From the human T2T-CHM13v2.0 reference genome, Homo sapiens: 64,000 bases of DNA. Position numbers and translations under genes: made by a program. The notes beneath the pieces are model-generated. The model saw only the letters and a program-made list of their open reading frames with translations, had not been told where the DNA came from and did not search any database. Positions within the stretch are counted from its first letter, which is position 1. Every line of letters begins with the position of its first letter. The DNA lies in assembly GCA_009914755.4 (NCBI GenBank), contig CP086569.2, positions 8,032,001 to 8,096,000 on the forward strand, written 5' to 3'. Positions 26,901 through 44,779 of this stretch are shown piece by piece.

Positions 26901-28127
26901 TAAGGGTAAAACCCATGGCTGGGCTTCACATTAGAAGGTCTTATCTGAAATTTCTTGTTGAACAGAGTTCCATCAAAGCCAATGTAAAAGACCTATGATG
27001 AAATAATTCCATGTAATCCACTGAGAAACATTTTTATCCCAACCTCAATTTCAAGCTTCAGGTCAAAGCTCTAGGAAAGATTACTGGATCTGAGAAAATC
27101 AGAGGCTGATGATAATGGAGGTTAAAAAACTGTGCAGGTTGACATGACTAATTGGAGCTGATAATGCCAACCCTCCCATTTCATGGATAAGGATTATGCC
27201 AGCATCCTTGTCATAAATGAGGTCGAGTGAACTCCAGAACTACTAACAGCAGGGGAGATAGGGCATATGTAGGTAAGAGCAGATAGTTTCCCTCCCCAGA
27301 TCTCCCTGTTAACATGGATGAAAACTGCCTTGACACCCAGGAGTGGCAAACTGTAACAATTATGGGACTCAGGGGTACAAGGATTGAAAAGGGAAAGAGA
27401 ATATTCTTTCTCCTATATCTCAACATACCCTGGGTATTTGCTAGGAAGAGAAAGAAACTAGAGACACCTCCTCCTCTCTCTCTTTCTAGATAAGTAGCCA
27501 TTCATCTTCATTTTATACTTTTTTCAAATGCATCCTGAACCCTTGGAACTCCTTTGAAAAAATGCTTACTTTTTTTCATTTATTCTCCTGTGTATTCTCT
27601 TTACAGATAGGTAATCAGGTCTCAATACTGTGGGACACTCTTCTTGGTGCATCCTTTGAATTTGAAAGAGTTAATTTCCCAAACCTTAGACTGGTTTGCT
27701 TAGGATTCAACTCAGGAGAAAAGAACCCAGAACCCAGAAAACTGACATGCTCGAAAAGGGTAAGGGTAAAATTTTTGTTGTTCCATTTGGGCTTTTGATC
27801 TCCCTTTCCCTATGCAAACTGGTAAAAGACCTAGGAATTTGTGAGCTGTCCTTGCCCCCATTCCCCTTGTTTCATTTTAATACATTTTTAAAAAATAACC
27901 CAGTTTGATTCTTCTCACCTTCAGGCTATGAAACTCCAAACAGTCATGCAGCAATAGGCTTGGACAATGGCACTTTTAACTGGGGACACTTAGGCCTCTT
28001 AGGGAGTTCTGACTGCCATTTTTTTTTTAAACCAAAGCCCCCAGTCAGCAGGAAGCACTTAAAAGTGGTTTTTGTCTTCATGCTTATCGTTATTCCAACC
28101 ACAGTAAGATGTACTTATTTAGTGGGG

Positions 28128-28564
28128 AAATAACAGAGTTAGGGAACAGCCAAGGGTCTTGGGTGAAACCCCGCCTTCAAGCCTAAAACAGCCTGCAGGC
28201 TGAAAACTGAGACTGCTGGTCTCAGAAAAAGCCTGCCTTTTTCAAACTGATTCTCTCTGAATAATGTCCACCTGCATACTGGGGGAAGAGAGTGGAGCCA
28301 CGGAAAGCTCAGGCCTTGTACATAGAGGAGGATCTGGGACTCTTCACTTCCTGTGTGATGGTCTGGTGTTCAGCAATCTGGGAGGAGAGGCCCTGTAAAC
28401 AGAACTCCCACTCACTTTTTTGAGAGTTGTTTTTTTTTTCTTCCTTTATTTTACTCAATCAACTCTACTCCTCATCCTTCAGAGTGTCCCTGACCTAATG
28501 TTTCCTAGTCATGTGACAAGAACCCAATTTTACTGAAGTAAGGAGAAAGTTTTGCAATGTGAGG
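28128..28564 (+). repeat. LTR-like dispersed repeat, copy B of a direct pair.
   Basis: Matches copy A: 'cacctgcatactgggggaagagagtggagccacggaaa', 'ctggtgttcagcaatctg', 'agtcatgtgacaagaacccaattttactgaagtaaggagaaagttttgcaatgtgagg'. It lies 4.66 kb downstream of copy A. Confidence 0.4.
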
Positions 28565-28801
28565 ATTTGGAACCCCCGTTTAAGATAAGTTGACTGTATC
28601 TGGCTTCCCTTACTGTTTCAGAATTTATTTTTCTATCTATGCCAGCATCACTCTTTTGATTATTATAACTTTGCAAAATGTTTTGAAATAAAAAGGAATT
28701 ATGCCTCTGAGTTTATTCTTATTTCCAGGCTGTTTGACTACTTGTGGTTTTCTGAGTGTTTATAGAAACTACAGGGCAATATTTATTGTCTCACTATGTG
28801 A

Positions 28802-29050
28802 TCCCAGAACTGTGGAAAGCCAAAGTAGGTGGATTGCTGTAGCCCAGGAGTTTGAGACCAGCCTGGGAAATATGGTGAAACACTGTCTCTACAAAAAACA
28901 TAAAAACTTGCTGAGCATGATGGCATGCACCTGCAGTCCCAGCTACTTGTGAGGCTGAGGTGGGAGGATCAATTGAACTTGAGAGTTCAAGGCTCAGTGA
29001 GCCATGATTATGACATGGCACTCCAGGCTGGATGACACAGCAAAATATTG
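28802..29050 (+). mobile_element. 5'-truncated, diverged Alu (older subfamily).
   Basis: 'tcccagaactgtggaaagccaaagtaggtggattgct...gcctgggaaatatggtgaaacactgtctctacaaaaaacataaaaacttgctgagcatgatggcatgcacctgcagtcccagctacttgtgaggctgaggtgggaggatcaattgaacttgagagttcaaggctcagtgagccatgattatgacatggcactccaggctgg'. Confidence 0.8.
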
Positions 29051-29439
29051 ATTCAAACATTTTAGAGCATTTTAGTACTTCTCCAGAAAGAACCACTGTT
29101 ATTTTTTAAAAAGAGATCTCATTGATTTGTAGATCATTTTGAATACCTTTAACATCTAAAGAAACTTGCATGTTTTAACTCTTGAAAAATACTATGCTCA
29201 AGAATTGGTCTAGTTTTCATATATATGCAGATGTGCTGTTTTCTTTTTGTTTTTAACTTCCCATTATATTACTGTGGACAGAAATAATACCTTTCGTGAT
29301 TGCCGTCTGTTTAAATATGCTGAAATGTGCATCTAGCATAGAAGTTTGCCTATCTGACAAAACATGTTGTACGTAATTATAAATATAATGTTTTATGCTG
29401 TTGTTGGGTGAAATGTTTTGTAGATTATGCCCACAGCTT

Positions 29440-29960
29440 ATTTCTTTATCCTTTTATTTCTCTGTATATTTGTCTTTATCTCCATTTTGTTTATTTTATT
29501 TATTTACTTTGTTTTTATTAATAATTTAATTTCACTTCTATTTTTTATTTTATTTTTCTTATTATAGTCCCTTCATTTCAAATTTTCTCCAATTTGTATC
29601 TTGTTTGTAATATTTTATTTATTGTTTTGTTTTTATTAATTTATTTTCATTCATGTCCCTTCATATTATTTTATTTCCTTTTTTAATTTTATTTTTAGTT
29701 TTCTCCTCATTCTTGCATTTTTCTTGTTTTATTATGTTGCTAATTATTTCTGTTTATTTCTCTTAATTTATTTTATTTATTATCTTCATCTTTTTATTTA
29801 TTTTTCCTGATCTTAATTACATTTTTTTCCTTATTTTCTCTATTTTATTTTAGTTTATTTACCATTACTATGTTTTACTTCAAATTTATTTTTAATTTTT
29901 ATTTTATTTTTCTTTATTTCATTTTTTTAACTTTATTTTTTGTTTTACAAAACAGAAGAG
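29440..29960. repeat. T-rich low-complexity or degenerate simple-repeat tract with 'ttatttt'/'tttatttt' motifs.
   Basis: About 520 bp consist almost entirely of T and A with short recurring 'tttatttta'/'ttatttatt' words. No coding potential is visible. Confidence 0.6.
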
Positions 29961-30364
29961 ATGAGCTATTTTAAACTGACCCAGCCAGCGTGGTCAAGAC
30001 TCAAGTTTGCTGAGACTCTATGGTAGCCACTCTACCCCAGGAGTCTCCAGTCTAGGGTATAGTCAGTGACTCCTGGCAGGATTGCTAAAACACCTGCGCA
30101 GATCTTTTATTGTTACAGGCCTATCTAGTATTCAGAGTCACAGGCCATTTCTGCTACTTTCAGAAGCCCCATGCAAGCCTCAGTGTAGCTGGGCTGAGGC
30201 CATGACTATGTCTTTATTTGTGTCCCAGTGAATCCTCCCCACATAATCCAGGGTGCTGACTCTTCTTCCTTTTTTCCTGAACAGGCTCCACAACCACTCA
30301 ACTCCACCCATGCATGTCTTGACCATATGTGTGTCTTTTTCTTGTTGAAAAAGGACAAAAATTG

Positions 30365-30595
30365 TTTTCTTTTGTTTTGAGACAGAATCTTGCTATATTG
30401 CCCAGGCTTCAGTGCAGTGGTGTGATCTCAGCATACACAGCTATTTCTTTCTTTCTTTTTTTTTTTTGTATTTTTAGTAGAGATGATGTTTCACCATATT
30501 CACTTCACTGGTTTCAATCCACAGACCACAAGTGATTCACCCCCCTCAGCACCCCAAAATGTTACAATTACAGGTGTAAGCCACTGAGTTTAGCT
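30365..30595 (-). mobile_element. Alu fragment in antisense orientation, internally rearranged.
   Basis: 'tttgttttgagacagaatcttgctatattgcccaggcttcagtgcagtggtgtgatctcagc' and 'ttttgtatttttagtagagatgatgtttcaccatattc...cccaaaatgttacaattacaggtgtaagccactgag' are the reverse complement of the Alu right and left arms. Confidence 0.7.
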
Positions 30596-31852
30596 GATAC
30601 TTTATTTTATTTTATTTTAACTTGACATTTAACTGAATTATGAAAATATCAGCTTTATGGGTAGATATACATGCAAATAGGTACAAAAATGCTAATGATG
30701 TGAGAAGTTTAACATTTCTTCACTTTCTTTAATGATTTTATGGAGTTACTATTTTACATTCTCCTGTCTTTATCTCTATGTTCAGTTAGAAAATCCTCAG
30801 TGAATACTTTTCAGTATGATAGACAAAATGTTGTGCAATCGATCATTGATAGATGCACACTGAAGTAATTTCTGGTTTTCATTTGGAGCTTTTACACCTA
30901 GGAATGAAAACTGTTGCTTGTAAACTCACATAATATGGAGTTATACTATGCTGTCCTCTTCTGCACATTTGTCTACCATCACAGTTTGAATGTGCCACTG
31001 AAAAAAGGTGGGAAATTGTTTCCCTCAGACCTACTCATCTTCCTTTTATAGGTTTTCAGGTGGTGCATTGTCCAGATTGCTTAGAAGCTCATGATCACAG
31101 AGGTCATATTTGACAAGAGAAAGCACTGTTGCACCAGGACTAAGTGAAGGTGATTACCACCCCATGCCTAAGGCTTCTCCAGAGCCAGGATGGAGCTTAA
31201 AAACCATTACTGAAGCCAGAAAGTGATGACAGAAGTTGAGGGCTGCCCACAGGAGAAAGCAAAATCCTCCCTTTTGCTTTCCAAGTGTTCACTGTTTATT
31301 TGGTCATTAATGTTCCTTCTGACCATGATGTGTTTCTTGTTCATCTTTCCTGGTATTCCACTGAAAGTGCGTCTAAGGAAATGAGCCCTGGATGATAGTG
31401 ATAAAGAGAACAACTGCATCCTTCTATAGATGATGCCTTGGTGAGCTTTGAAGCACATTGAGCAGATCCTGAAATCCTTCCTTAGTATGGGACAAGTTTT
31501 GTCAAATTCAACTTCCATGTAAATGGTACTAGGTTCAAGATGTCAAAGAAGAGACTCAGAGTTAATAAATGGGATATGGAGTTTTGCTGGGGACTTTCAC
31601 AAGGGGAGAAAGTCCAGTGTCAGTGGGCTTAGCAGGACAACCCTGTGCAATTGCAAAAAGCATGCAGTGTGCATAAAATTTTTATTAAGCACATTTTTCT
31701 GAACAATCTTTTACTTGTTATCCTTCATTTAACAAAAATTAAGGGCCTCAATCCCCTGTGTGGCCTGTGTTCCATGCAACAGCATGGGAAGACCAAGGGC
31801 TTAGTTGCTCCTCATAGATAAAGAGTAATCTCCAGGTTGGTCACTACTAGAT

Positions 31853-35712
<3,860 letters not shown>

Positions 35713-35717
35713 GAATG

Positions 35718-36008
35718 TTTTTTTTGAAATGATGTTTCACTCTTGTCCCTCAAGCTGGAGTGTGTTGGCACAATCTCAGCTCACCAAAACCTGTGCCTCC
35801 CAGGTTCAAGTGATTATCCTGCCTCAGCTTTCTGAGTATCTGGGATTACAAGCATTTGCCACCACACCTGCCTAACTTTATATTTTAGTAGAGATGAGGA
35901 TTCTCCATGTTGATGAGGCTGGTCTCGAACTCCTGACCTCAGGTGATATGCCTGATTCAGCCTCCCAAAATGTTGGGAGTACAGGCGTGACCCACCATCC
36001 CTGGCCAG
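35718..36008 (-). mobile_element. Full-length Alu in antisense orientation, directly abutting the 5'-truncation point of the L1.
   Basis: 'tttttttgaaatgatgtttcactcttgtccctcaagctggagtgtgttggcacaatctcagctcaccaaaacctgtgcctcccaggttcaagtgattatcctgcctcagc...caggcgtgacccaccatccctggcc' is the reverse complement of Alu. Confidence 0.85.
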
Positions 36009-37382
36009 TCAATTAATATATTTTTTAGCTTGAACCTCTGAACACTCAGAAGCATTTTTTATATAGGATCAGTCTTGAGGTATGCGCTAATCAAGTTACT
36101 ACTCTCAATTGCATCCATCATACAGGCTGGTTCAGGCAGTGGAGGTTCTTCTTCCTGAACTTCTAGATTCCTTTTTTTTTTTCTTTTTCTTGAATGTTGG
36201 ATTGACCAGTGTTTATCTGAAAAGGCTGTTATGTGCACACATTGCTGGTACAGTTTTCTAAGTTAAAGAGATGGCTTCTTAGTTGGTAGGGTTTGTTCCT
36301 GTTACAGTTATGTTCACGTGGCTAAGGTTTCCATTCTCAAGATTTTCATTGGACATTCTGAGGCCCCAGTTCAACTATTTTCCAAGGTTAGATGTGCTGA
36401 ACCAGAACCTGAAATTGTGGTTCATGGTGGCCAGGCTGAGGCTGTCGTTTACAAGGAAGAACTGTCAGGTTTGCATCTTATTTTCCTTGTAATTTTAACA
36501 TATCTTTTGGAATGGAGACCCAAAAAGAATCTGAATATGTGACAGCCTCCTCCTAGATCTGGTACTATTTATACATGACTCTTAAATATCAGGGTAGTTG
36601 AGAGATCTCTATTCTATTATTTGTATGAATTATTTTGTATCTTATTCTCCGTCTTAAGAAAATTTTAGCTATGTATGCAATTCAAAATTGACATATTTTT
36701 TAAATAGCCAACTTAAAAACATTTCATTGAACATGTTGGGTAATATAATTCTAAAATATTTTATTTTAGAAACCAAAACACTTGAAGGTTGATAGTCACA
36801 GTATCTATGAAAGTGACATTATGAACATGCTTTTATAGTTTCCAGAAAGAAGAAAAAATCTATTTAGTCTTCAGTAGTAAAACGTAAAGATTATAGAAAT
36901 GTGATTAAATTTACTGATTAAAATATTCACAAAAACTGAGACAGATTCATTTACTTGTTCTTTATTGTTTACTCTCCAATAATGAACAGATTATAAGACA
37001 TTCAGAATTTACTTCATTATAGAAATAAAGCCACACAGCTATTTTGAAAGAATCATTAAAAATAAACAGAACAAACCTATCATTTATATTATTTAAAAAA
37101 TCACCCAATTCATAGTCCAAAAAAAAAATCTTACTAGGTATTACTACTGGCAGAAACCAGGTTTTCTTAGGACCTGGTCCAGTGAAACCACTCTTCATAT
37201 GTCACCCAATTGATCCTGCCAGTTTCTAGGAAGAGCTACAATTCTAAGAGCCCAGGACAGCTGGGCAGAAATAAAATATCCTTTGGTTATAACAAATGTT
37301 TGGTACTATTATTCCATATCACACAGTTTTTCTGTCCTCAGAGAAAAAATTGAGGATGTGTTGTGTCAGGATCTAGAATCAA

Positions 37383-37678
37383 GGCTTGGCATGGTGGCTT
37401 ATGCCTGTAATCCCAGCAATTTGGGAGGCCGAGATGGGTGGACCAGGAGATCAGGAGATCGACCATCCTGGCTAACACAGTGAAATCTCATTTCTGTTAA
37501 AAACACACAAAAATTAACCAGGCGTAGTGATGGGCGCATGTAGTCTCATCTACTTAGGAGGCTGATGCAAGAGAATCACTTTAACCTGGGAGGTGGAGGT
37601 TGCAGTACGCTGAGATCACACCACTGCACTCCAGCCTGGGCAACAGAGCAAGACTCCATTTCCAAAAAAAAAAAAAAA
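37383..37678 (+). mobile_element. Full-length AluS with a perfect 12-bp TSD 'atctagaatcaa'.
   Basis: 'ggcttggcatggtggcttatgcctgtaatcccagcaatttgggaggccgagatgggtgg...cactgcactccagcctgggcaacagagcaagactccatttccaaaaaaaaaaaaaaa'. TSD copies are at 37371–37382 and 37700–37711. The second copy follows a degenerate A-rich tail 'tggaaagaaaagaaaagaaaa'. Confidence 0.9.
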
Positions 37679-39650
37679 TGGAAAGAAAAGAAAAGAAAAA
37701 TCTAGAATCAAATCAAATATAAAAAAATGGCTTGGTAATTCTGTCTAAGCCAGAATATAGAGGTGGGAGATTAAAATCATATTTTCTTAATTTAAATAAA
37801 AAGAGTTCAGGGAATTTTAGGTTTTGATACCTGGGGTGCATACTATTTACATGGGTTAGCCACTCCATGTTTGACTGGATAGACTTTCCCTCTACCTCCC
37901 TCAGTAGATGCTTAAATGTAGAAACATAATCTAAAAATTTTACAAGGTTTTCACTTAGTTTTCCTAAAACGTCCAACTCCACAATTTGTTTCAATTGTGA
38001 GAGTCAACTGTGCAGCGTAGGTACAATAACGATCTCCTGATATGCAGATTTAATGTTATTTCTTTACCATAGATATTTTCATTTTTCACCCGAGACCACA
38101 GGTTAATTTCAAACAGAATATTTATTTCTAATTATGAGGCTTCTATTACATTGCTAGTATTATCTTGTTTACTTCATGTCTATGCCAAAAATAACTCATG
38201 ACTTATTAAATGTTCAACTATTAACTTAAATAAATTGTCCCAATAAATTTAATAAACTCAATTATATCAATTTCATAATGTAAAATTAACAGTAACTAAA
38301 TGAAAACTGGATTAAATATCATTTTCTAATTGAAATAATTGAAATGTACTGAATAAATGGTATACAATAATACATGCATTGTGAAATTACATGTGAAAAT
38401 TATTTTGTGAACATCATTAAATTTTATCAAAGATACATTCATCAACTCTGAGAAAATTATACAAGTAATGCTTAATGAAATTAGGCTATAAGAAATTTAT
38501 ATATTATGTCTGTAGTGAGCAACAGGCAAGCAGACCAAACAAAAAAAAAGGAGAATTTGCACAAGATGTTTCTAAGAGAGGAGCAATAATATTTTACATA
38601 AATGAGTTTAATACAAAGCAGAGATGATAGATTTGCTTTCAAAATTTTTGAAGTTTCTGGTTTGCTGGTAAGTTACCAAGACTTGTAAAATTATCTGTTT
38701 TATTCTAATATTTTTCTTTTCTACTCAGAGTAGGTACATAATCGTAAACCAATACGATTATTCTCTATAAAGCTGTTACACTTAATGTTTATTTTACAGT
38801 GATTTATTTGTGTATTTACGTCCATTTAAATAAAAACTAAAGGTCTGCGTATGTTTAGCAGACTAGAGACATCATCTGTTAAAGAAAAATAGGATACATT
38901 TTGTAAAGAGTTTTTCAGAATTCAAAAATAAAATGCAAAGCTCCATCGTACTCATAATCTTCATAACAACCATCATAATTATCTGTAGTTACAAGAAAAA
39001 CAGAAATATAAATTGTAGGAACCATATTATCCAAATTATTTTAAGTTAAGACCACTGACAAAGAATCTGGAGAGATGTTATTTCATTGTCATTCAATAGT
39101 ATACAGTTATCATCTGTTACCTACAACCATGCATAAGATGGGATAACCTAACATCAGTGGCAAGATAAAACTTCAATGTAAAACAGCCTTACCACAGTAA
39201 CAAATATGTTCATCAATTGAAACAAAAACAAACTAAATTTATACATTGCCATTAAAAAGGCATTTTGAAATTCACTGTATTTTAATTCTTACTTTGCAAA
39301 TGGTAATGCAATTTTTTTCTAAACTTCAAGTTGTTTCTCTTACTATGCAGAATATTATCCTGATTACTTTTCACACTCCTATTACCCTGTCACTTATGAT
39401 ATTACTGTAAACCAACTACTAAGTAGCCTTTCTACTTAGAATTTCTTTATGTATCTTATATTTAAGTTTACTTAAACTTCCATATGAAAGTATATAAATC
39501 TGTCCATCTAATATAGAGAACCTTTCTTAAATCTAGTGCAGCAACCATTGACCATGTTCTTTCACATAAATTCTAGAAAAGAAGACATAGCTTCAAATGT
39601 AAGAGTTAAATGACATCAATATTTGCTTTCAAAAAATATATGAAACTTTT

Positions 39651-39933
39651 GTTTGTTTGTTTGTTTTGAGAGAGTTTCACCTTGTTGCCATACTGGGGTG
39701 CAGTGTGTGATCTTGGCTCACTGCAACCTCCACCTCCTGGGTTCAAGGGAGCCTCCCGCCTCAGACTCCTGAGTAACTGGGACTACAAGTTCATGCCACT
39801 GTGCCCAGTGAATTTTTTTCTATTTTTTGTAGAGATGGGGTTTCACCATGTTGGCCAGAATATTCTCGATTTCTTGACCTCGTGATCTGCCCGCCTTGCC
39901 TTCCTGGGATTACATGCATGAGCCTCCATGTCC
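39651..39933 (-). mobile_element. Full-length Alu in antisense orientation.
   Basis: 'ttgttttgagagagtttcaccttgttgccatactggggtgcagtgtgtgatcttggctcactgcaacctccacctcctgggttcaagggagcctcccgcctcagactcctgagtaactgggactacaagttcatgccactgtgcccagtgaatttttttctattttttgtagagatggggtttcaccatgttggccag'. Confidence 0.85.
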
Positions 39934-40099
39934 AGCAAAAATTGTTTTAATATATAAAAGTAGGTTTCTTTTACAGGAAAGGGATCAAGAATGCAGACTA
40001 GGATCAGCTAAACTATGTGGTTCTCACAGAGAAAAATGCAAGGTGTGCATAAATACAGAACCATCAAATGAAATATCCAGGTACTTGCACTGGGAATAA

Positions 40100-42700
40100 T
40101 CAAAGAAAAACACAACTTAAGGAGAGTAGAGTAAAGCAAGGCCAAACAATGGGCCACACGAAAAACACATGGAGCCAAGGGAACCTCCCCACCCAGTAAA
40201 GCAGTGGGTGCATGTGTGACTCTGGGAACCAATGATTCTCCCACAGTTCTTTCCAATCCTCAAGTGAGGAGACTCCCTAAAGAACCTACTTTACCAAGGC
40301 CTTCAGTTTAACACATAGACCTATATGGAGTCTCAGCAGAGCAGCTGCACAGGCCTGTGTAGTGATTCAAGAGGCTTAGATACTCTAGCATTCCAGAATT
40401 CTCAGAAAAGGTAGCTGCAACTCCAGCAAAGCAGGATGTTTCACCCCTGTACATACCCACAGGAAACAGGCAGAATCCAGGGACCTCAGCAATGATGGTC
40501 TGTAGGACCCACTTCCACAGTGCCTCATAGATTAAGACCTACTGGCTTAGAATTCTAGCCAACCATTGGTAGCAACACTGCACCTCTCTGATTTGGAGCT
40601 ACCACAAAGAGGAGTGGACCTCCATCTTTGCTGTTTCAACAACATAGCCATCCCAGCCTTCAGGCTTTGAAGAGCCCAAGTTGACTGGGGCAGAAAGGAT
40701 CTCCTAGCACAGTGCAGGTGCTCTAAGAAGTCATGGCCAGACTGCCTATTAAAGCAGGACCCAAATCTCTTCCTCCTCACTGAAAAGAACTTCCCAAGCA
40801 GGGTGTCCAGCTACCAACACCGATGCTATTTAATCAATGACATTTTGAATCCTCTTTGGAATAAAGTTCCCAGAGTGAAGAGTGAGCTGCCATATTTGCT
40901 GTTTGTGTGACTTAGTGGTTCCAGCGTTCTAGCTTAGGAGAATCCAAATAAAATGGGGATGAAAGTGGTACCTCTGCACAGCAGAGCTCTCCTACAAAAA
41001 TGTGGCTATACTGCTATCTTCAGTGAGTCCTGAATTCTCCTTCCTGGAAAAGTCCTTTCAATAGGGTGTTCCAGCTACCTCTTTCAGGTGTTTTGGGCTG
41101 CAAACATGTCTATACTTGCCTGGGATGGAGCTTCCAGAGAAGAGGGCATATTGCCTTCATTGCTGTTTTGCAGCATTCAGTGGGATAACTTCAGGCACTG
41201 GAAAACCTGAAGTGACTGGAAACTGCAGTGGACAGACAGAATACTGCAGCAGCCCTTCAGAAAAGTGGCCAGACTGTTGCATGAGTGCCTGCTCTCACAT
41301 ATTCTCACTGGGCAGGTTCTCCAGGTCTGGGCCTGGTAGGGATATTGAGCCAGTAGCAACTTAGAAACTTCCTGGACAGAGCCTATAGGGGCAACTGAAA
41401 ATATTTCTGCCACTAATTTTGCAGTAGAACTGTCCTTACTGTGCTTCTTAGACTAATGAAAAATCCAAAACCCAAGTGCCTTATTTACACCCCAAACAAG
41501 CTGCATTTTGCCCAAGAAGAGGAGGCCAGTCCATCCCCCATGGGTTCCACATACTATCCATTGCTCCTCGCCCGACAGTAAACTCCTATCTTAGCCCAAA
41601 TCACAGATCCTCCATCCTGGACTGACTGTAGTGAGGAGCTGCTGACCTACATCTCTCTGAGATGCAGCCCCCAGAAGACAAGCAAGGAAATGGGGTAGCA
41701 AGCCACCTCATGTGGTGCCAAGAGTGTTGGTGCAAGAGCAGTTGTAGTAATATATTGCCAGTGATGGCCACTTCTGTAGGTTCAACTTTCTCCCATAAGA
41801 TATTTTAGCCCTAGAGAAACTGTTGGATCTAATTTTGCAGGTTTTGCATACCAGAAGAAGCTGTTCCAACTGAACACCCCTTGGTCTCCTGATGTCTTCA
41901 AGGGACACATTCTGGCTACAGATTCTTACAGGTCAGTCTCAGGTACCCTGGGAGCCCATACCATAGCATCTGCACTGGTGGGCCATGTCTGACCCCTGAA
42001 GAGCTCCAGCAAGTTAGCTCCTATGACTCCATCAACCCACATGTTTCTTCCCCATACTGCAGCTTCCCATGAGACAAAAGTAAGTTTATATCCAACCAAA
42101 GTAAGCTTCAGAAGTAAAAATAAATAAATATGGTCCTATTCACATAAGCAAACACTGAAGAAATCTGTTACTTGAGACTTGTCTTACAAGAGCTTCTGAA
42201 GAAAACAATAAATAAAAAAGACTATAATTAGTCACTACAAAAACACACTATATAAACTGCTGACACTATAAAGCAACCACATAAAAAATGTGCAAAACAG
42301 ACAGCTAAGATCATAGTGACAGAATCAAATTGACACATATGAATACTAACGATAAACATAAATGGGCTACATGCCCCAATAAAAAAACAGTGTGGAAAGC
42401 TGAGTAAAGAATCAAGATTTAATGGTATGCTGTAATCTAGACACTCATCTCAGTTAAGTTCAAAATAAAAAAGAAAAATCTACGAAATAAATGGAAAACA
42501 TAAAAAAGGAGGGAATGCAATCATAATTTCTGGCAAAACAGACTTAAAATCCACATAGATTTTTTTAAAAAAAGAGAAAGACAGCATTCCATAATAGTAA
42601 AATGAAATATATACACCCAACACAAAAGCACCCAGATTATAAAGCAAGTTCTTAGAGACCCTACGAGTTCTTAAGTCAAATCTTCTTCAACAGTCATTAC
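40100..42700 (+). mobile_element. 5' portion of an old L1 (L1M/L1PB-like), sense strand. It includes a 5'UTR-like region, a largely deleted ORF1, the ORF1 end and the ORF2 endonuclease start. Its 3' side runs into the ZNF pseudogene 3' end.
   Basis: 42050–42250 'agtaagtttatatccaaccaaagtaagcttcagaagtaaaaataaataaatatgg...gagcttctgaagaaaacaataaataaaaaag' matches the ORF1 C-terminus. 42330–42700 'ataaatgggctacatgccccaataaaaaaacagtgtggaaagctgagtaaagaatcaagatttaatggtatgctgtaatctagacactcatctcagttaagttcaaaataaaaaag...cccagattataaagcaagttcttagagac' matches the ORF2 EN N-terminus. Assignment of 40100–41900 as 5'UTR rests on position only and is weaker. Confidence 0.5.
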
Positions 42701-42769
42701 CTTTATATGATATTTAAGTCTCTGATGTTGAACACAGTATGAGGACTTGCTAAAAGCCTTTCCACATTT

Positions 42770-43849
<1,080 letters not shown>

Positions 43850-44390
43850 GAAAAAAAAATAAGAACAACAATATTTCTCTTGCATTAGCATAAGGCTCAA
43901 GTGAATACATTTTAAATAATTATACGAATCACATTAACAAGGTGGCAATAAAATACCACAGACTCTAATTCCTTTATAGACATATAAACTTAACAGAAAT
44001 ATGCTGAACAAAATTCCTTTGTGAGAAGTCTAATAATCAGTTAAGCATTTGTAGCACTTCAAGGGAGAAAAATACCAAGAACTACATAGAAGTGTAATAA
44101 AAGTGTTGTATATTTGCCCTTCTCAGCCTTTCTTCATCCTATGATGACTTTAAGTATAGTTTCCCAACTCCTGATTTCCCCTTCAAAAATAAATAAAATA
44201 GTGGCAACTGAGTTCAGGCTTCTGGCTTTGTGAGACCTTACTAAAGACTAATTTCTATATTCTATGACAGTGTTTAAAGGAAATGTGGTATTCTTTGACA
44301 ATTTGGGGCAGGTGAGACAGGGTAAATGACTGTTACAAGAAAGACATTGACAAGATATCATTGACAGACTATGGATATAGCAATTGACTA

Positions 44391-44765
<375 letters not shown>

Positions 44766-44779
44766 CTAAAAACACACAA

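Noticed and set aside
31207-31518. 103-aa minus-strand ORF in unique sequence.
   Set aside because: No recognisable domain, no splice or promoter context, and ordinary composition. Most likely a chance ORF.
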